This document shows positions 25,544 through 34,942 of a stretch of DNA of 64,000 nt, in pieces. The notes under the pieces are model-generated. The model saw nothing but the letters and a program-made list of their open reading frames with translations. It was not told where the DNA came from and did no database searches. The stretch is from positions 32,001 through 96,000 of IMG/VR virus record IMGVR_UViG_3300044681_000369; one strand, 5' to 3'. The position numbers and the translations under genes were made by a program. Each line of letters begins with the position of its first letter. Positions within the stretch are counted from its first letter, which is position 1. This DNA comes from a virus.

Positions 25544-27026
25544 CTAGTTTTATCCGAACAAGTTTGTATTTGAAACCTTCTTCATTATATATTTTTATTC
25601 TCTCTATCAAGTGCTGAAGAGTATAGTTCTTTTTGCTCTTCCAGACTAACTCATCACCGATGTCAAATAAATTGCAGGTTGTCTTCTCAGACCCCTTTCG
25701 TAATCCTCTACCTATCGACTGCAAATTTCTAATTCTGCTTTTGCTGGGTGAGGCAAATATAACGTTGTGTAAGTTTCTAATATTTATGCCTGTGGAAAAC
25801 GTACCGTAGGACGCTATGATTATGGCGTCTTTCTCTTTTTCTGTGATATCTCTGATAGCTTCTCGCTGTTGCGTATCTGTGCTACCGTGGACAAAGAATA
25901 CTTTTCTGTCTTTTCCTACCTTATCGTTTACCAGATCAAATAAGACTTGACCGTGTTTTTCTACATACTGAAACAACACCAGTGTGTTGCCCTTTTGTGT
26001 TGTGGCTAGATTTTTAATGACGTTGTTTCTTTTCTTGTGACTTACTAGCCAGTCCATTTCTTCCTGGTAATTCATCTTGCTTACCAGCTTCTTTTCTTCA
26101 TCTGTATATTCCAACATAAGACAGGTTATGGCAAGATCAGCAACATCACCTTTATCCATAAGTTCTTTTGTTGAAATTACTTTCTTTACTTTACCAAATA
26201 AGCCCTCAAGAATGAGTTTGTGTGTCTTAGTGCCGTCCAAAGTTCCTGTTGTGCCTATTCTGTATTTTGTTTTAGTGCATTTACCGAATATGGTAGTCAG
26301 GGATTTCGATTTGAAAAGATGCGCTTCATCGCCGTAAATAACGTCAAAGCCATCAAAAAAACTTTTTGGCAACTTGTAGATACTTTGCCAGGTTGATATA
26401 GTAATGGGATACTCATTCGACTTCTCGAACCCTGAATAAATTCTTGCGCAATTATATGATGCTTTCCATTCCGTTTCTGAGGCATAATCTTGAAAGTCCT
26501 TATACATTTGTTCTACTAGGGATGTAGTAGGCACAATAATTAATTGTTTCTTACCAAACATTTGGTAGTAACGCATTAAGATATAGATGATTAGAGATTT
26601 ACCAGATGCGGTTGGAGAAAGAAGCAATGCTCTTCCTGTTCTGATTGAATATCTAACAGCGTCTAACTGATAGTCTCTAGGCTCAATAGGTTTACCCAAA
26701 CTGTGCAAATTCAACTTTTTTGCGAAATCCCGCACATCTTCTATAGTTACTGGATCCCCTATTGGATCAATATCAACTTCTAAGGTGTATTCTAATCTGT
26801 CGCAAAACTCTCTTAGATATGGCAACAGACCAACATAAAGCTCTTGGGTAAACATATTGTAAAGTCTGGCTTTGCCGTCCCACATACGAGACTTGTATGC
26901 AGGCATAAAGCGGGCGCCGGGTACATCAAAAGTAAAGTATTCGTTTAGCTCTTGCGCAATTCCAGGTTCGCAAGAAACTTTTAGATATACTTCATCTTTT
27001 TTTGAGACTTTCAATATGTCAGTCAT
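25536..27026 (-). CDS. uvsW: UvsW SF2 RNA-DNA/DNA-DNA helicase
   Basis: PRDYQ, SPTASGKS, DEAH, TGT, QSIGRGLR. Confidence 0.96.
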   Translation of the reverse strand: MTDILKVSKKDEVYLKVSCEPGIAQELNEYFTFDVPGARFMPAYKSRMWDGKARLYNMFTQELYVGLLPYLREFCDRLEYTLEVDIDPIGDPVTIEDVRDFAKKLNLHSLGKPIEPRDYQLDAVRYSIRTGRALLLSPTASGKSLIIYILMRYYQMFGKKQLIIVPTTSLVEQMYKDFQDYASETEWKASYNCARIYSGFEKSNEYPITISTWQSIYKLPKSFFDGFDVIYGDEAHLFKSKSLTTIFGKCTKTKYRIGTTGTLDGTKTHKLILEGLFGKVKKVISTKELMDKGDVADLAITCLMLEYTDEEKKLVSKMNYQEEMDWLVSHKKRNNVIKNLATTQKGNTLVLFQYVEKHGQVLFDLVNDKVGKDRKVFFVHGSTDTQQREAIRDITEKEKDAIIIASYGTFSTGINIRNLHNVIFASPSKSRIRNLQSIGRGLRKGSEKTTCNLFDIGDELVWKSKKNYTLQHLIERIKIYNEEGFKYKLVRIKLDA

Positions 27027-27466
27027 TACATCAAGCCGTTAGTAAACTTGGTCCACTCAATGGCATTCTTGATGTCCCAAGTTCTGCTATTCAGCGACTT
27101 CATTATATATTCTAAGTGGTTTATCATTGTTTTTAGATATTCTGTTTTATCCACAAGTCGAATAATGTCTTCATCACAATTGATGCGATCTTCCAAATCA
27201 TTCTTTAACGGCTTAAGGCCCTGATACTGATCCCAGCCAAGTTCCTCTAATTCCTGTTTAGTCATCTCACCCCGGAAATATTTGGTCTTGTTCCCACGGA
27301 GCCGATAGTAATCTGCCTCTGCTTTGCGCAACAGCAGTTTTGTGTTCGATAGCGTGTTTAGATATTTGGCATGGAGTTCGGCAGTCTTTAGTGCGGACTT
27401 TCCTAAATCAAGTTCATTGATTTTAGAGTCCTTCTGCCACTCTTCTTGGACTTCGGTAAGTTTCAT
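27026..27466 (-). CDS. uvsY: UvsY recombination mediator
   Basis: W..DS.I, LHAKYL, R.W.IKNAIEW.KF..G. Confidence 0.92.
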   Translation of the reverse strand: MKLTEVQEEWQKDSKINELDLGKSALKTAELHAKYLNTLSNTKLLLRKAEADYYRLRGNKTKYFRGEMTKQELEELGWDQYQGLKPLKNDLEDRINCDEDIIRLVDKTEYLKTMINHLEYIMKSLNSRTWDIKNAIEWTKFTNGLM

Positions 27467-27494
27467 TTGTCACCTCAAAAACGAAAATAATGTA

Positions 27495-27523
27495 ACTATA
27501 GCAAATTTTTATGGAGTTGTCAA
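27495..27523 (-). promoter_or_regulatory. sigma70-type promoter for uvsY-uvsW
   Basis: TTGACA-17-TATAGT with TG extension. Confidence 0.7.
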
Positions 27524-28102
27524 TAGCTCCATGGTATAATGTCTATACCTAAATGATGTCATTCCTACCAGATATTCCGATGATCCAGACTGAAGATCGA
27601 AATCCAAAGACTGTAGGCTTGTGGGAAAACAATCAAAGAATGTAAACTTAACGCATGGATTATTGTTGGCATCCAAAATAAACAAGTCTGCATCTGAGAA
27701 GTTTGACACACCCATACGTCTTTTCTTTATTGAGTATGGATATCTATATTGTTGTCCATCGTTATATCTTATATATTCTGATCTGTCATTGGGAAATCCA
27801 AGACCTACCAGCCATTGATATAACTCAATGTAGTTTGACATATTTTCTTGAATTAAGAATTTAAGGATCAACTCACCATATTGGAGTTTATCTCCAGGCA
27901 TATGCAGATCCGAAAGCGGCGTAGGTGCAATTGCATCACCTAAACCAATTGACGGAATGTTTGCAGACTGACAGAAATAGGAAACATTAGGAAGATTGTG
28001 AATTTGAAATTTGAATCCGTTTGGTTTCAGATAATTCAAATCAGACGGCTGCCTATTTTCCCATGTGCCCTCTGTAACGCCTAGTTCTGTTTTTAAGACC
28101 AT
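27509..28102 (-). CDS. gp3: Tail completion / sheath stabiliser (gp3)
   Basis: NYL.PNGFKF, P.VSYFCQ.ANIP, PGDKL.Y, FPTSL; position next to uvsY. Confidence 0.85.
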   Translation of the reverse strand: MVLKTELGVTEGTWENRQPSDLNYLKPNGFKFQIHNLPNVSYFCQSANIPSIGLGDAIAPTPLSDLHMPGDKLQYGELILKFLIQENMSNYIELYQWLVGLGFPNDRSEYIRYNDGQQYRYPYSIKKRRMGVSNFSDADLFILDANNNPCVKFTFFDCFPTSLQSLDFDLQSGSSEYLVGMTSFRYRHYTMELLTTP

Positions 28103-28485
28103 TACAATCTATTCCGTGTTATATTCTGCTTCTCATGGAATCTGCCCCAAATACAATGGGCAAGTTCATGACCTAAAAATTCTGGCTCATATTGTACTGA
28201 TGCATCCATTGTGTAGATTGTACAGTTATTGCCTACCGTACTTAGGCTACCAAATGCCGCAACAGTCTCAACTGGGAAATTTTTTCCTAGTTTTTGTCTT
28301 GCTGTTTCTTCAAACTCTCTTCTTGTTTGAAATAAAACAACTGTAACTCCAAGAGAAGTTCTTTCAAATTCCTTCTCTTCAAAATAATAATTGTCTGCGC
28401 CTTTTTTAGGCGCCTGATCGCAACTTGATAACAGGAATGTACCAAGCCCCAGAATTAATAAAGCAGTTATTTTTAGTTTCATCAT
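28102..28485 (-). CDS. Putative lipoprotein with HExxH motif
   Basis: Lipobox LSSC after hydrophobic leader; FLGHELAHC; late promoter immediately upstream. Confidence 0.65.
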   Translation of the reverse strand: MMKLKITALLILGLGTFLLSSCDQAPKKGADNYYFEEKEFERTSLGVTVVLFQTRREFEETARQKLGKNFPVETVAAFGSLSTVGNNCTIYTMDASVQYEPEFLGHELAHCIWGRFHEKQNITRNRL

Positions 28486-28490
28486 ATTAG

Positions 28491-28498
28491 TATTTATA
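28491..28498 (-). promoter_or_regulatory. Late promoter TATAAATA
   Basis: Exact match just downstream of the gp23 terminator. Confidence 0.75.
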
Positions 28499-28504
28499 AC
28501 GGAT

Positions 28505-28530
28505 AAAAAAAGGGGTGCCGAAGCACCCCT
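28505..28530 (-). terminator. Rho-independent terminator after gp23
   Basis: AGGGGTGC-TTCG-GCACCCCT followed by a T tract; T4-style C(UUCG)G loop. Confidence 0.9.
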
Positions 28531-28559
28531 CAAAATCGTCCCTTAAGGGATTCTTTTTA

Positions 28560-29846
28560 TCACATTAGATTTGTGACTTTTACTCGGCGGTAGTACTGGT
28601 TGCGGTTTGCAGTGAAGTTGTCTGCATCGGTGTTGCCCGAACCGTCTACAACGAATGGGTTAGCGATCATGCCATAACGGGTCTTGAAGCCAATCTTTGG
28701 CTGGAAGCTGTCTGGGTCAATCGCACGAACCATCTGGAGAGGAACGTATGGGCAGTAGAAGAGACCAGCATCATAAGCTGATGCGCCCTTATAACCAACA
28801 ACATAGAACTGGCTGGCAGCACCGGTGTTAGCTGAGTAAGGATCGATGTAAACCTTCTTGCCGCTGATTGTACCAACAAAGGTGTTGCCTGTGTCGTCTG
28901 AATCAAGAGCAGGTGAACCCTGTAGGGCACGACCGGTGTCAAGAACACCAGCCATTGCAAGAGCAGCCGCAACATCTGAAGAACAGATGATGAAGTTACC
29001 CTTACCGCGACGGGTATCTTGTGCGATTACGTTAGCATCACGCTCAATGTTGAAGAGAAGACCCTTGAAACGCTCAACTGACCAGCGACCGTTTGAGTCA
29101 ACGTCTAGGTCGAAAGTACCAGGAGTAGCTGTTGAAGCGGCGCCTGTCTTAGCAACCTTGTAGATTGTGCGGATAACTTCACGGTTGATTTCGCCAAGAA
29201 TTTCCTGTGAAAGGATATTCGAAAGCTCTGACTCTGCATCAAGACCGTGAATTGCTTTTAGGTCCTGAGCAAGCTCAACTGTGTACTCTGCTTTGAGCGC
29301 ACGGCTCTTAGCTGTAACAGTTGTCTTCTCGATTGAGAAAGCCATCTCGCCGAATGAACCACCGCCTGAGGTGCCTAGGGCTTCAGCGTCGGCAGTTGCA
29401 AGACCAGTACCGGTTGTGTAGGTACCATCAACTGGGTTTGAACCAGCGTGTGTGCCTGTACCGGCGAAGTCTGTGTCGGCTTCGTTGAAGAGGGCTTCTG
29501 CGCCAGCCTGTGTGCCATAGCGTGACTTCATAGCGAAGATCAAGCCAGTTGGGCCAGTCATTGGCTGAACGCCAGCAACGTCATAAGCCATTAGGTTAGG
29601 TAGAGCGCGGCGAACCAAGCTGATTAGAATTGGATCGTAGCGGTCAATTGCCGAAGCGCCTGAACCAGCGATATTGTTAGCAGGTACGGCCTCAAATAGT
29701 GCAGCCTTTTCTTCACGAAGGGCTTTTTCTTGGTTCTCAAGAACTACTGATGTGACCGCTCTCTTGTATGGGTCCGAAATCTTGCCTAAACCTTCATGGT
29801 TTAGAACGGGTTCCCACTTTTTCTGTAATTGCTCTGAAAGAAACAT
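28560..29846 (-). CDS. gp23: Major capsid protein (gp23)
   Basis: KWEPVL, GVQPMTGPTGLIFAM, SRALKAEY.VELAQDLKAIHGLDAE, YCPYVPL, QPKIGFKTRYG. Confidence 0.98.
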   Translation of the reverse strand: MFLSEQLQKKWEPVLNHEGLGKISDPYKRAVTSVVLENQEKALREEKAALFEAVPANNIAGSGASAIDRYDPILISLVRRALPNLMAYDVAGVQPMTGPTGLIFAMKSRYGTQAGAEALFNEADTDFAGTGTHAGSNPVDGTYTTGTGLATADAEALGTSGGGSFGEMAFSIEKTTVTAKSRALKAEYTVELAQDLKAIHGLDAESELSNILSQEILGEINREVIRTIYKVAKTGAASTATPGTFDLDVDSNGRWSVERFKGLLFNIERDANVIAQDTRRGKGNFIICSSDVAAALAMAGVLDTGRALQGSPALDSDDTGNTFVGTISGKKVYIDPYSANTGAASQFYVVGYKGASAYDAGLFYCPYVPLQMVRAIDPDSFQPKIGFKTRYGMIANPFVVDGSGNTDADNFTANRNQYYRRVKVTNLM

Positions 29847-29881
29847 GTAGTTATCTCCTTTTGGGGTGTTCTCAATACAAT

Positions 29882-29889
29882 TATTTATA
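29882..29889 (-). promoter_or_regulatory. Late promoter for gp23
   Basis: TATAAATA; AAGGAG SD downstream. Confidence 0.85.
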
Positions 29890-29894
29890 AAAAA

Positions 29895-31085
29895 TTAGTT
29901 TTTAGCCATCTTGTTGAGTGCTTCAACATACTTACTGACTGTAGAATCGTCCATATATGCAACATCATCGTCAACTAGTTTGTCCTCAGAAACAATCTTG
30001 CTCTTTGGGAAATAGTTTTCTTTGATTACATTAAGTTTGTCTTCAAAAATTTCTGCATTCTCGAATTCTACATCAGCAACTAATGACTTGAACTTTTCTA
30101 CTTCAGTCTTTGCAAGACCTTCAGAAACAGAGGCAAAAACACCATCTTTCTGTAGTTCAATATTATTGTTGTGCAGTTCTACATTTGCAGATAGTTGCTC
30201 GTCCAATTTTGCCTTAAGTGTGGCAATTTCGGTCTGCATTTCACCAAGCACATCATATTTCTCTTCGGGAACATCGATGTAGTGTTCGGCGAATAGATTC
30301 TTCATACCATTGATGAAGGATTCAGTAATGTCGTTGCGAAGACCATTTTCTACGGCCAGCTTATTTTCTTCTAGCCACTTCTCAACAACATAGTTCATAT
30401 AAGAGTCAAGTTTATCAATCATTTCGGCTTTAAAATCTTCAACAAGTTTAGCAGACTCTTCAACAAGTTGTTCTTCAATCTGCATTACTTTGTCGTTAAC
30501 TCTAGCGGTTACAACGGCTTCAAATAGAGAAGATGCTCTGGTACGAAACTCTTCTGAAAGTTCTTCGTTACCATCAAACAATGAAGAGATGTCAACAACT
30601 TCTTCTGTGGATTCAGCATCTACGATTTCATCTTCTAGAATAATTTCCTCGTCTTCTGTTGTCTCAACTTCTTCTTTAGCAACATTGCCCTTAGAAGATG
30701 CTTGATTTACAACATTGCGTGGATCTTCTTCATCTGTGAAGTTAGGAGCCTTGCCTGCACCTTTTTGGCTAACGGTGCCTTGGTTGCTGCCTGAAACTGG
30801 AGCGGCTTCTTTAGCTCCTGGATTTTCCGTCTCATCGTCACGGGTGCTGGATACAGGAGCATCCTTCGAATCGCCTTGACGTGGCTGTGTCTGATCGCCA
30901 GCAACTTTTGCGGGAATAGAGGTATCTTTACCTTTGTCTGCTCCCATTTTACCGGCTGATGGAGAGGCTTCAGAAGAACCCTGCTTAGGATTAGCAGAAT
31001 CGCCTGCCACCTTTTCTTCTAGAACTTCCTCTGATAGTTGCTTTTTGCCTTCAAGCAACTCTCTGATTTTGTTTTCTACGCTCAT
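29895..31085 (-). CDS. gp22: Prohead core scaffold (gp22)
   Basis: LSEEF..A..FEA, YM.YVVE.W..EN.LAVE.G, F.EHYIDVPEEK, IKENYF. Confidence 0.92.
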   Translation of the reverse strand: MSVENKIRELLEGKKQLSEEVLEEKVAGDSANPKQGSSEASPSAGKMGADKGKDTSIPAKVAGDQTQPRQGDSKDAPVSSTRDDETENPGAKEAAPVSGSNQGTVSQKGAGKAPNFTDEEDPRNVVNQASSKGNVAKEEVETTEDEEIILEDEIVDAESTEEVVDISSLFDGNEELSEEFRTRASSLFEAVVTARVNDKVMQIEEQLVEESAKLVEDFKAEMIDKLDSYMNYVVEKWLEENKLAVENGLRNDITESFINGMKNLFAEHYIDVPEEKYDVLGEMQTEIATLKAKLDEQLSANVELHNNNIELQKDGVFASVSEGLAKTEVEKFKSLVADVEFENAEIFEDKLNVIKENYFPKSKIVSEDKLVDDDVAYMDDSTVSKYVEALNKMAKN

Positions 31086-31115
31086 TTTAATCTCCTAAGT
31101 GCGGATTTTATACTT

Positions 31116-31123
31116 TATTTATA
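31116..31123 (-). promoter_or_regulatory. Late promoter for gp22
   Basis: TATAAATA. Confidence 0.8.
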
Positions 31124-31129
31124 AAACTT

Positions 31130-31789
31130 TTATTTTACAGATAAGTTTTCTAGGAATTTATTGAAGACAGCAAGTTTTGCCTCTTCAAGTTGCTTTTTAT
31201 TGGCTTTGCGGATGTTACGCTTTGCCATATCACAGTGTTGCTCTGTCCATACGCCGTTTACTATTACCCACTCTTTGTTTTCCATAATGCCTCTAACAAA
31301 AGCATCTGGTGCAGATGGGTCTGCCACAATATCGGCAGCAGTTGCTAAATGAAAATCATCTTGTACAACTTGAACGCCTTCTTTATTTTCTCTAAGAGTA
31401 CCTAAACCGCGAGAAGATACTGCTAATTGCCCGCCAGATTCGATAAGGCCTCGGGCAATATTGCCCATAGGTGTTTCTGTGATTTTTGCTTTACCCATCC
31501 AGTTGTCACCGTCTTTCCATAACTCAGTAATGATATGTGAAACACGATCTAGATTGATAGAAGGGCCATCAGGATGACCTAACTCACCAAACGCTCTTTT
31601 GTTTGCAACCGATTCTTTCATGTAACGGTCGACTTCTTTTTCCATGACTTCGCCTGGATACATACGACCGTTACGATTTTTTAAATTTGATTGTAAAAAG
31701 ATGCCTTCAATGTAAAGGTTCTTTTTGCCTGAAGATGACTCTTCGGCAATGTAACGAACTTGCTCGTTAACTTCTGTGATAAGTTTCAT
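31130..31789 (-). CDS. gp21: Prohead protease (gp21)
   Basis: YIEGIFLQ, NRNGR.Y, GELGHP, SSRGLG, DIVADPSAPDA. Confidence 0.96.
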   Translation of the reverse strand: MKLITEVNEQVRYIAEESSSGKKNLYIEGIFLQSNLKNRNGRMYPGEVMEKEVDRYMKESVANKRAFGELGHPDGPSINLDRVSHIITELWKDGDNWMGKAKITETPMGNIARGLIESGGQLAVSSRGLGTLRENKEGVQVVQDDFHLATAADIVADPSAPDAFVRGIMENKEWVIVNGVWTEQHCDMAKRNIRKANKKQLEEAKLAVFNKFLENLSVK

Positions 31790-32178
31790 TAGCCTAGACT
31801 CCCATCAGCGTCTTGATGCTGTTGTGGTCCATAACCACTTACCTTAACGCAATCGATAATAACTATACTGTCGCCGTTATGAAATTCAACAACAATATCA
31901 GAGGCATTTTCTTGATTGTCCGAAAATCCATTGAAGTCTAAATCTCCGTTTCCGAACAAATGCCAACAGTGAACGCCATTTCTTAAAATGATTATTTCAG
32001 CGTTCTTATCAGCAGACCAATATATTCTTCTGATATTTACAACAGGAGAAGCCACGGTTTCAGTGGATTTCTTTAGTGTAGTGGCAAGGGCAATAGTCGC
32101 AGTCTCGCTGTTCTGGCCGTGAACCTTTACGACACCTTGCACTTGTGTAAGTTTTAGAACAGTGGTAATTGCTGCCAT
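31789..32178 (-). CDS. Hypothetical head-module protein
   Basis: 129 aa, between portal and gp21, abutting the gp21 start. Confidence 0.65.
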   Translation of the reverse strand: MAAITTVLKLTQVQGVVKVHGQNSETATIALATTLKKSTETVASPVVNIRRIYWSADKNAEIIILRNGVHCWHLFGNGDLDFNGFSDNQENASDIVVEFHNGDSIVIIDCVKVSGYGPQQHQDADGSLG

Positions 32179-32188
32179 TTGCTATTCC

Positions 32189-32491
32189 TTACCTTTTAGT
32201 TTGTGGCGAGCCTAATGTGGCTTGCATATCTTTTTTGGACTTTTTGTGTTTTGCTTTAAATTCTTTTTCGCCCATTTGTTCCATATCATACGCAAGCTCT
32301 TTCATGCGACCTTCAGCCGCAAACTCAACCTCTTCTGCGGCAAGCTTGGCAGCAATTGCCATTTCTCGGCGCTTCTTGTCAGACTTGCCTGTAAATTGTG
32401 GCGCATCGGATTTTTTAAAGTCACGAATGACTGTACCCATGCTTGCCTTTCTTACGTCAAGTCTTTCTAAGAGGTTTTTATACGTTATCAT
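32189..32491 (-). CDS. Small basic head-module protein (possible internal/core protein)
   Basis: DFKKSDAPQF.GKS..KRR.MAIAA; N-term MITYKNLLE. Confidence 0.6.
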   Translation of the reverse strand: MITYKNLLERLDVRKASMGTVIRDFKKSDAPQFTGKSDKKRREMAIAAKLAAEEVEFAAEGRMKELAYDMEQMGEKEFKAKHKKSKKDMQATLGSPQTKR

Positions 32492-32771
32492 CTGTGTTTT
32501 CCTGAGCTTCGTCTGCAATATCATCTTCTACAGTTGCTGGCGAATCATCAAAAATGCTTGCGGCATATTGTTGACGCATAGCATCCAATCTTTGTGCAAC
32601 TTTATCATCCATAATACTGTTAAACATCTCTTCCGCATCCGAAAGAGTATTATTATCAATACTATTTATAAAGTCATCCATAGTAAACTCTGAATTATCT
32701 TCAACGTCTTCATTACCAACTGGTTCTTTAGGATCGTTTACTGGTTCATTTTCAAATTCATTATCTTCCAT
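32478..32771 (-). CDS. Prohead core protein, gp67-like
   Basis: Small acidic ORF directly after portal; FN..M.DKVA..LD..R...A.SIF. Confidence 0.65.
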   Translation of the reverse strand: MEDNEFENEPVNDPKEPVGNEDVEDNSEFTMDDFINSIDNNTLSDAEEMFNSIMDDKVAQRLDAMRQQYAASIFDDSPATVEDDIADEAQENTDDNV

Positions 32772-34341
32772 TATTTTGCTCCAAGTTTGATTGCGCATTC
32801 GGATCAAGTTCTTGTGGTGGTTGTCCCTCTAACGGAGAATAATCTGGAGGTGACACTTCAGGAACTTCCGAATCATTTTCTTGTTTAATTTCGTCAATCT
32901 CATCGTCAGAAAGTTTCAAAATTTCTTTCTGAACATAAGACTTACTATACATTGTACCAATAAATGGCGCAACGCCCTGCAAAATTTCTATCCGTGATTG
33001 CAAAATTTGTTGCTCTTTTGATTCGGTATAGAAAGCATCTGTAGCATATCTATACTGAATTTGATCTTTAATTTTTTTCCAGTCTTCTTCTGTAAGAATA
33101 CCTTTGAGAATTAACTGTGTTTTTAATAAGTCATCAAACAACAAAGCAAAACGTCTACGAAGTTTAGCAACAAATTTTGTAAATTTCCACTCATCTCTAT
33201 TTATTTCTGCGGCACGACCAAAATTTAAACCTGTAACTTGCTGTAGTCTAGAAATTGGCACATTCAACGCTTGATATAATTTTGTCTGGAAGTATTCAAT
33301 ATCTCCCATTTCACCTAAACCCTGACCGCCAGGTAAAGTCTCAATCTGTGTACCTCTGCCACCTTCTCTTCTTGGCAACCAGAAGTCCTCAAGCATTGAC
33401 ATGAACTTTTTGTCATCTCTAATCTCACCAGTATTTGAATCGTAAACAATTTTGTTACGATACTGATTCATAATGCCTTTTAAATATTGCTCGGCTTTAA
33501 TCTTAGGCAAGTTACCAACATCAACATAGAATACTCTGCGCTCAGGTGCTCTAGTGATACGATAAATTACTGCCGCATTTTCCATCATGCGTAACTGATT
33601 TGCTGGACGAATTGCCTTGTGTAAATACGACAAAGGCATGTTTCTGTCCATGTCTTTTAATCCAGAAGGCACAAAACAAATTGCATCCTTCTCAATACGC
33701 ATTGTTCCTGCACCACCTTGTTGCAAAGATGCTGAAGGTGTAAAGGTCTTGTTAGGAACTAAGCCGCGTTCATTGTAAATAAAATACTCTTTGATATCCT
33801 TAATAAACTCAACACCAGTTGCCTGATCTTTTTCTTTAAGGATTTCTCGCATCTTTTTAATCTTGCGAGGATCGATATATCTTACGTCTTTTAAACCATC
33901 TTTTGGTCTTGCTGTATCAATAACTTTATGAAAATACAGTCTACCGTCAATATACCAATGTCTAAAATAATCTTGCGCTCTTAAATTAAAATCAAGTAAT
34001 TGAAGCAGGTATTGAAACTCTGCTTCAATATCTTTCTTGATTCCTCTAGATAAGTCCACGTTATCTAAGTCAATAGTAAGTGGAGCTTCATCATCTAAGT
34101 TAGCAACAGCATCGTTTACAATATCGTCAATTGCAGTGTCAATATCGGACATTATAGCAATGTCACGATACTTTCTAATCAACTCAATTTCATTGTTTGC
34201 AATACCATCAATGTCGATATATGTGCCGTAATAACCACCAGCTCGGATAGTTTCTACGCCACCATCGTCCGTAGGCGCCACGAACGATCTCTCTGTTTCG
34301 GGCGCCTTGGACCTTTCAATTGTATAACCAAATAATTTCAT
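32761..34341 (-). CDS. gp20: Portal protein (gp20)
   Basis: WYIDGR, RYIDPRKI, YRITRAPERRVFYVDVGNLP, EDFWLPRREGGRGT. Confidence 0.98.
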   Translation of the reverse strand: MKLFGYTIERSKAPETERSFVAPTDDGGVETIRAGGYYGTYIDIDGIANNEIELIRKYRDIAIMSDIDTAIDDIVNDAVANLDDEAPLTIDLDNVDLSRGIKKDIEAEFQYLLQLLDFNLRAQDYFRHWYIDGRLYFHKVIDTARPKDGLKDVRYIDPRKIKKMREILKEKDQATGVEFIKDIKEYFIYNERGLVPNKTFTPSASLQQGGAGTMRIEKDAICFVPSGLKDMDRNMPLSYLHKAIRPANQLRMMENAAVIYRITRAPERRVFYVDVGNLPKIKAEQYLKGIMNQYRNKIVYDSNTGEIRDDKKFMSMLEDFWLPRREGGRGTQIETLPGGQGLGEMGDIEYFQTKLYQALNVPISRLQQVTGLNFGRAAEINRDEWKFTKFVAKLRRRFALLFDDLLKTQLILKGILTEEDWKKIKDQIQYRYATDAFYTESKEQQILQSRIEILQGVAPFIGTMYSKSYVQKEILKLSDDEIDEIKQENDSEVPEVSPPDYSPLEGQPPQELDPNAQSNLEQNNGR

Positions 34342-34370
34342 TATTTAACCATTCTACGATACCGCCAAAA

Positions 34371-34904
34371 TTAAACGGCGGTACCACCAGCTGACGAGTA
34401 TGTGTAATACTGATATTGGAAAGTCACTGAGAACTCTTCAATAACATCATTCTGACCATAGTTTAGACCAACATCAGATACGTTGATTGGGAATGCACCC
34501 TCAAGAACGTATGTTGCAATTGCGGCTTCGGAATCGCCAGTCTCGCGGGCTAGTTGCTCAACAACGATTTGCTGAGTGTAGTCCTGCCAGGCTGTTGCGC
34601 CCTCATTGGTTTGAACGTTGTTAATTAGGTTCATCCATTCCATCATTGCACCGTGGATGGTAAAACCAGTGTCGTTAAGAACTGTAATTGTGAACGGATC
34701 ATAGATTCGCTCACCAGCAAACTTAACTTCACGACCACGATACTGTACAATCGTTGGATTGATTGTAGCTGATGGAAGTGTAGCACCGGTGACTAGCAAG
34801 TTGTAGTCACCTAGTGTGCCGTTTGGTGTGTTTAGGGTAACTCTAAATTGGTTTGGTCTTGCACCACCATTTCCTAGTAACCCCTTAAAAGCGTCAATTT
34901 GCAT
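34371..34904 (-). CDS. gp19: Tail tube protein (gp19)
   Basis: GGARPNQF, YRGR.VK.AGER, T..ND, W, IEEF.VTF.Y. Confidence 0.92.
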   Translation of the reverse strand: MQIDAFKGLLGNGGARPNQFRVTLNTPNGTLGDYNLLVTGATLPSATINPTIVQYRGREVKFAGERIYDPFTITVLNDTGFTIHGAMMEWMNLINNVQTNEGATAWQDYTQQIVVEQLARETGDSEAAIATYVLEGAFPINVSDVGLNYGQNDVIEEFSVTFQYQYYTYSSAGGTAV

Positions 34905-34942
34905 AATAGTCTCCTATTTCTTTTGTTCTATTTATTGGGTTA

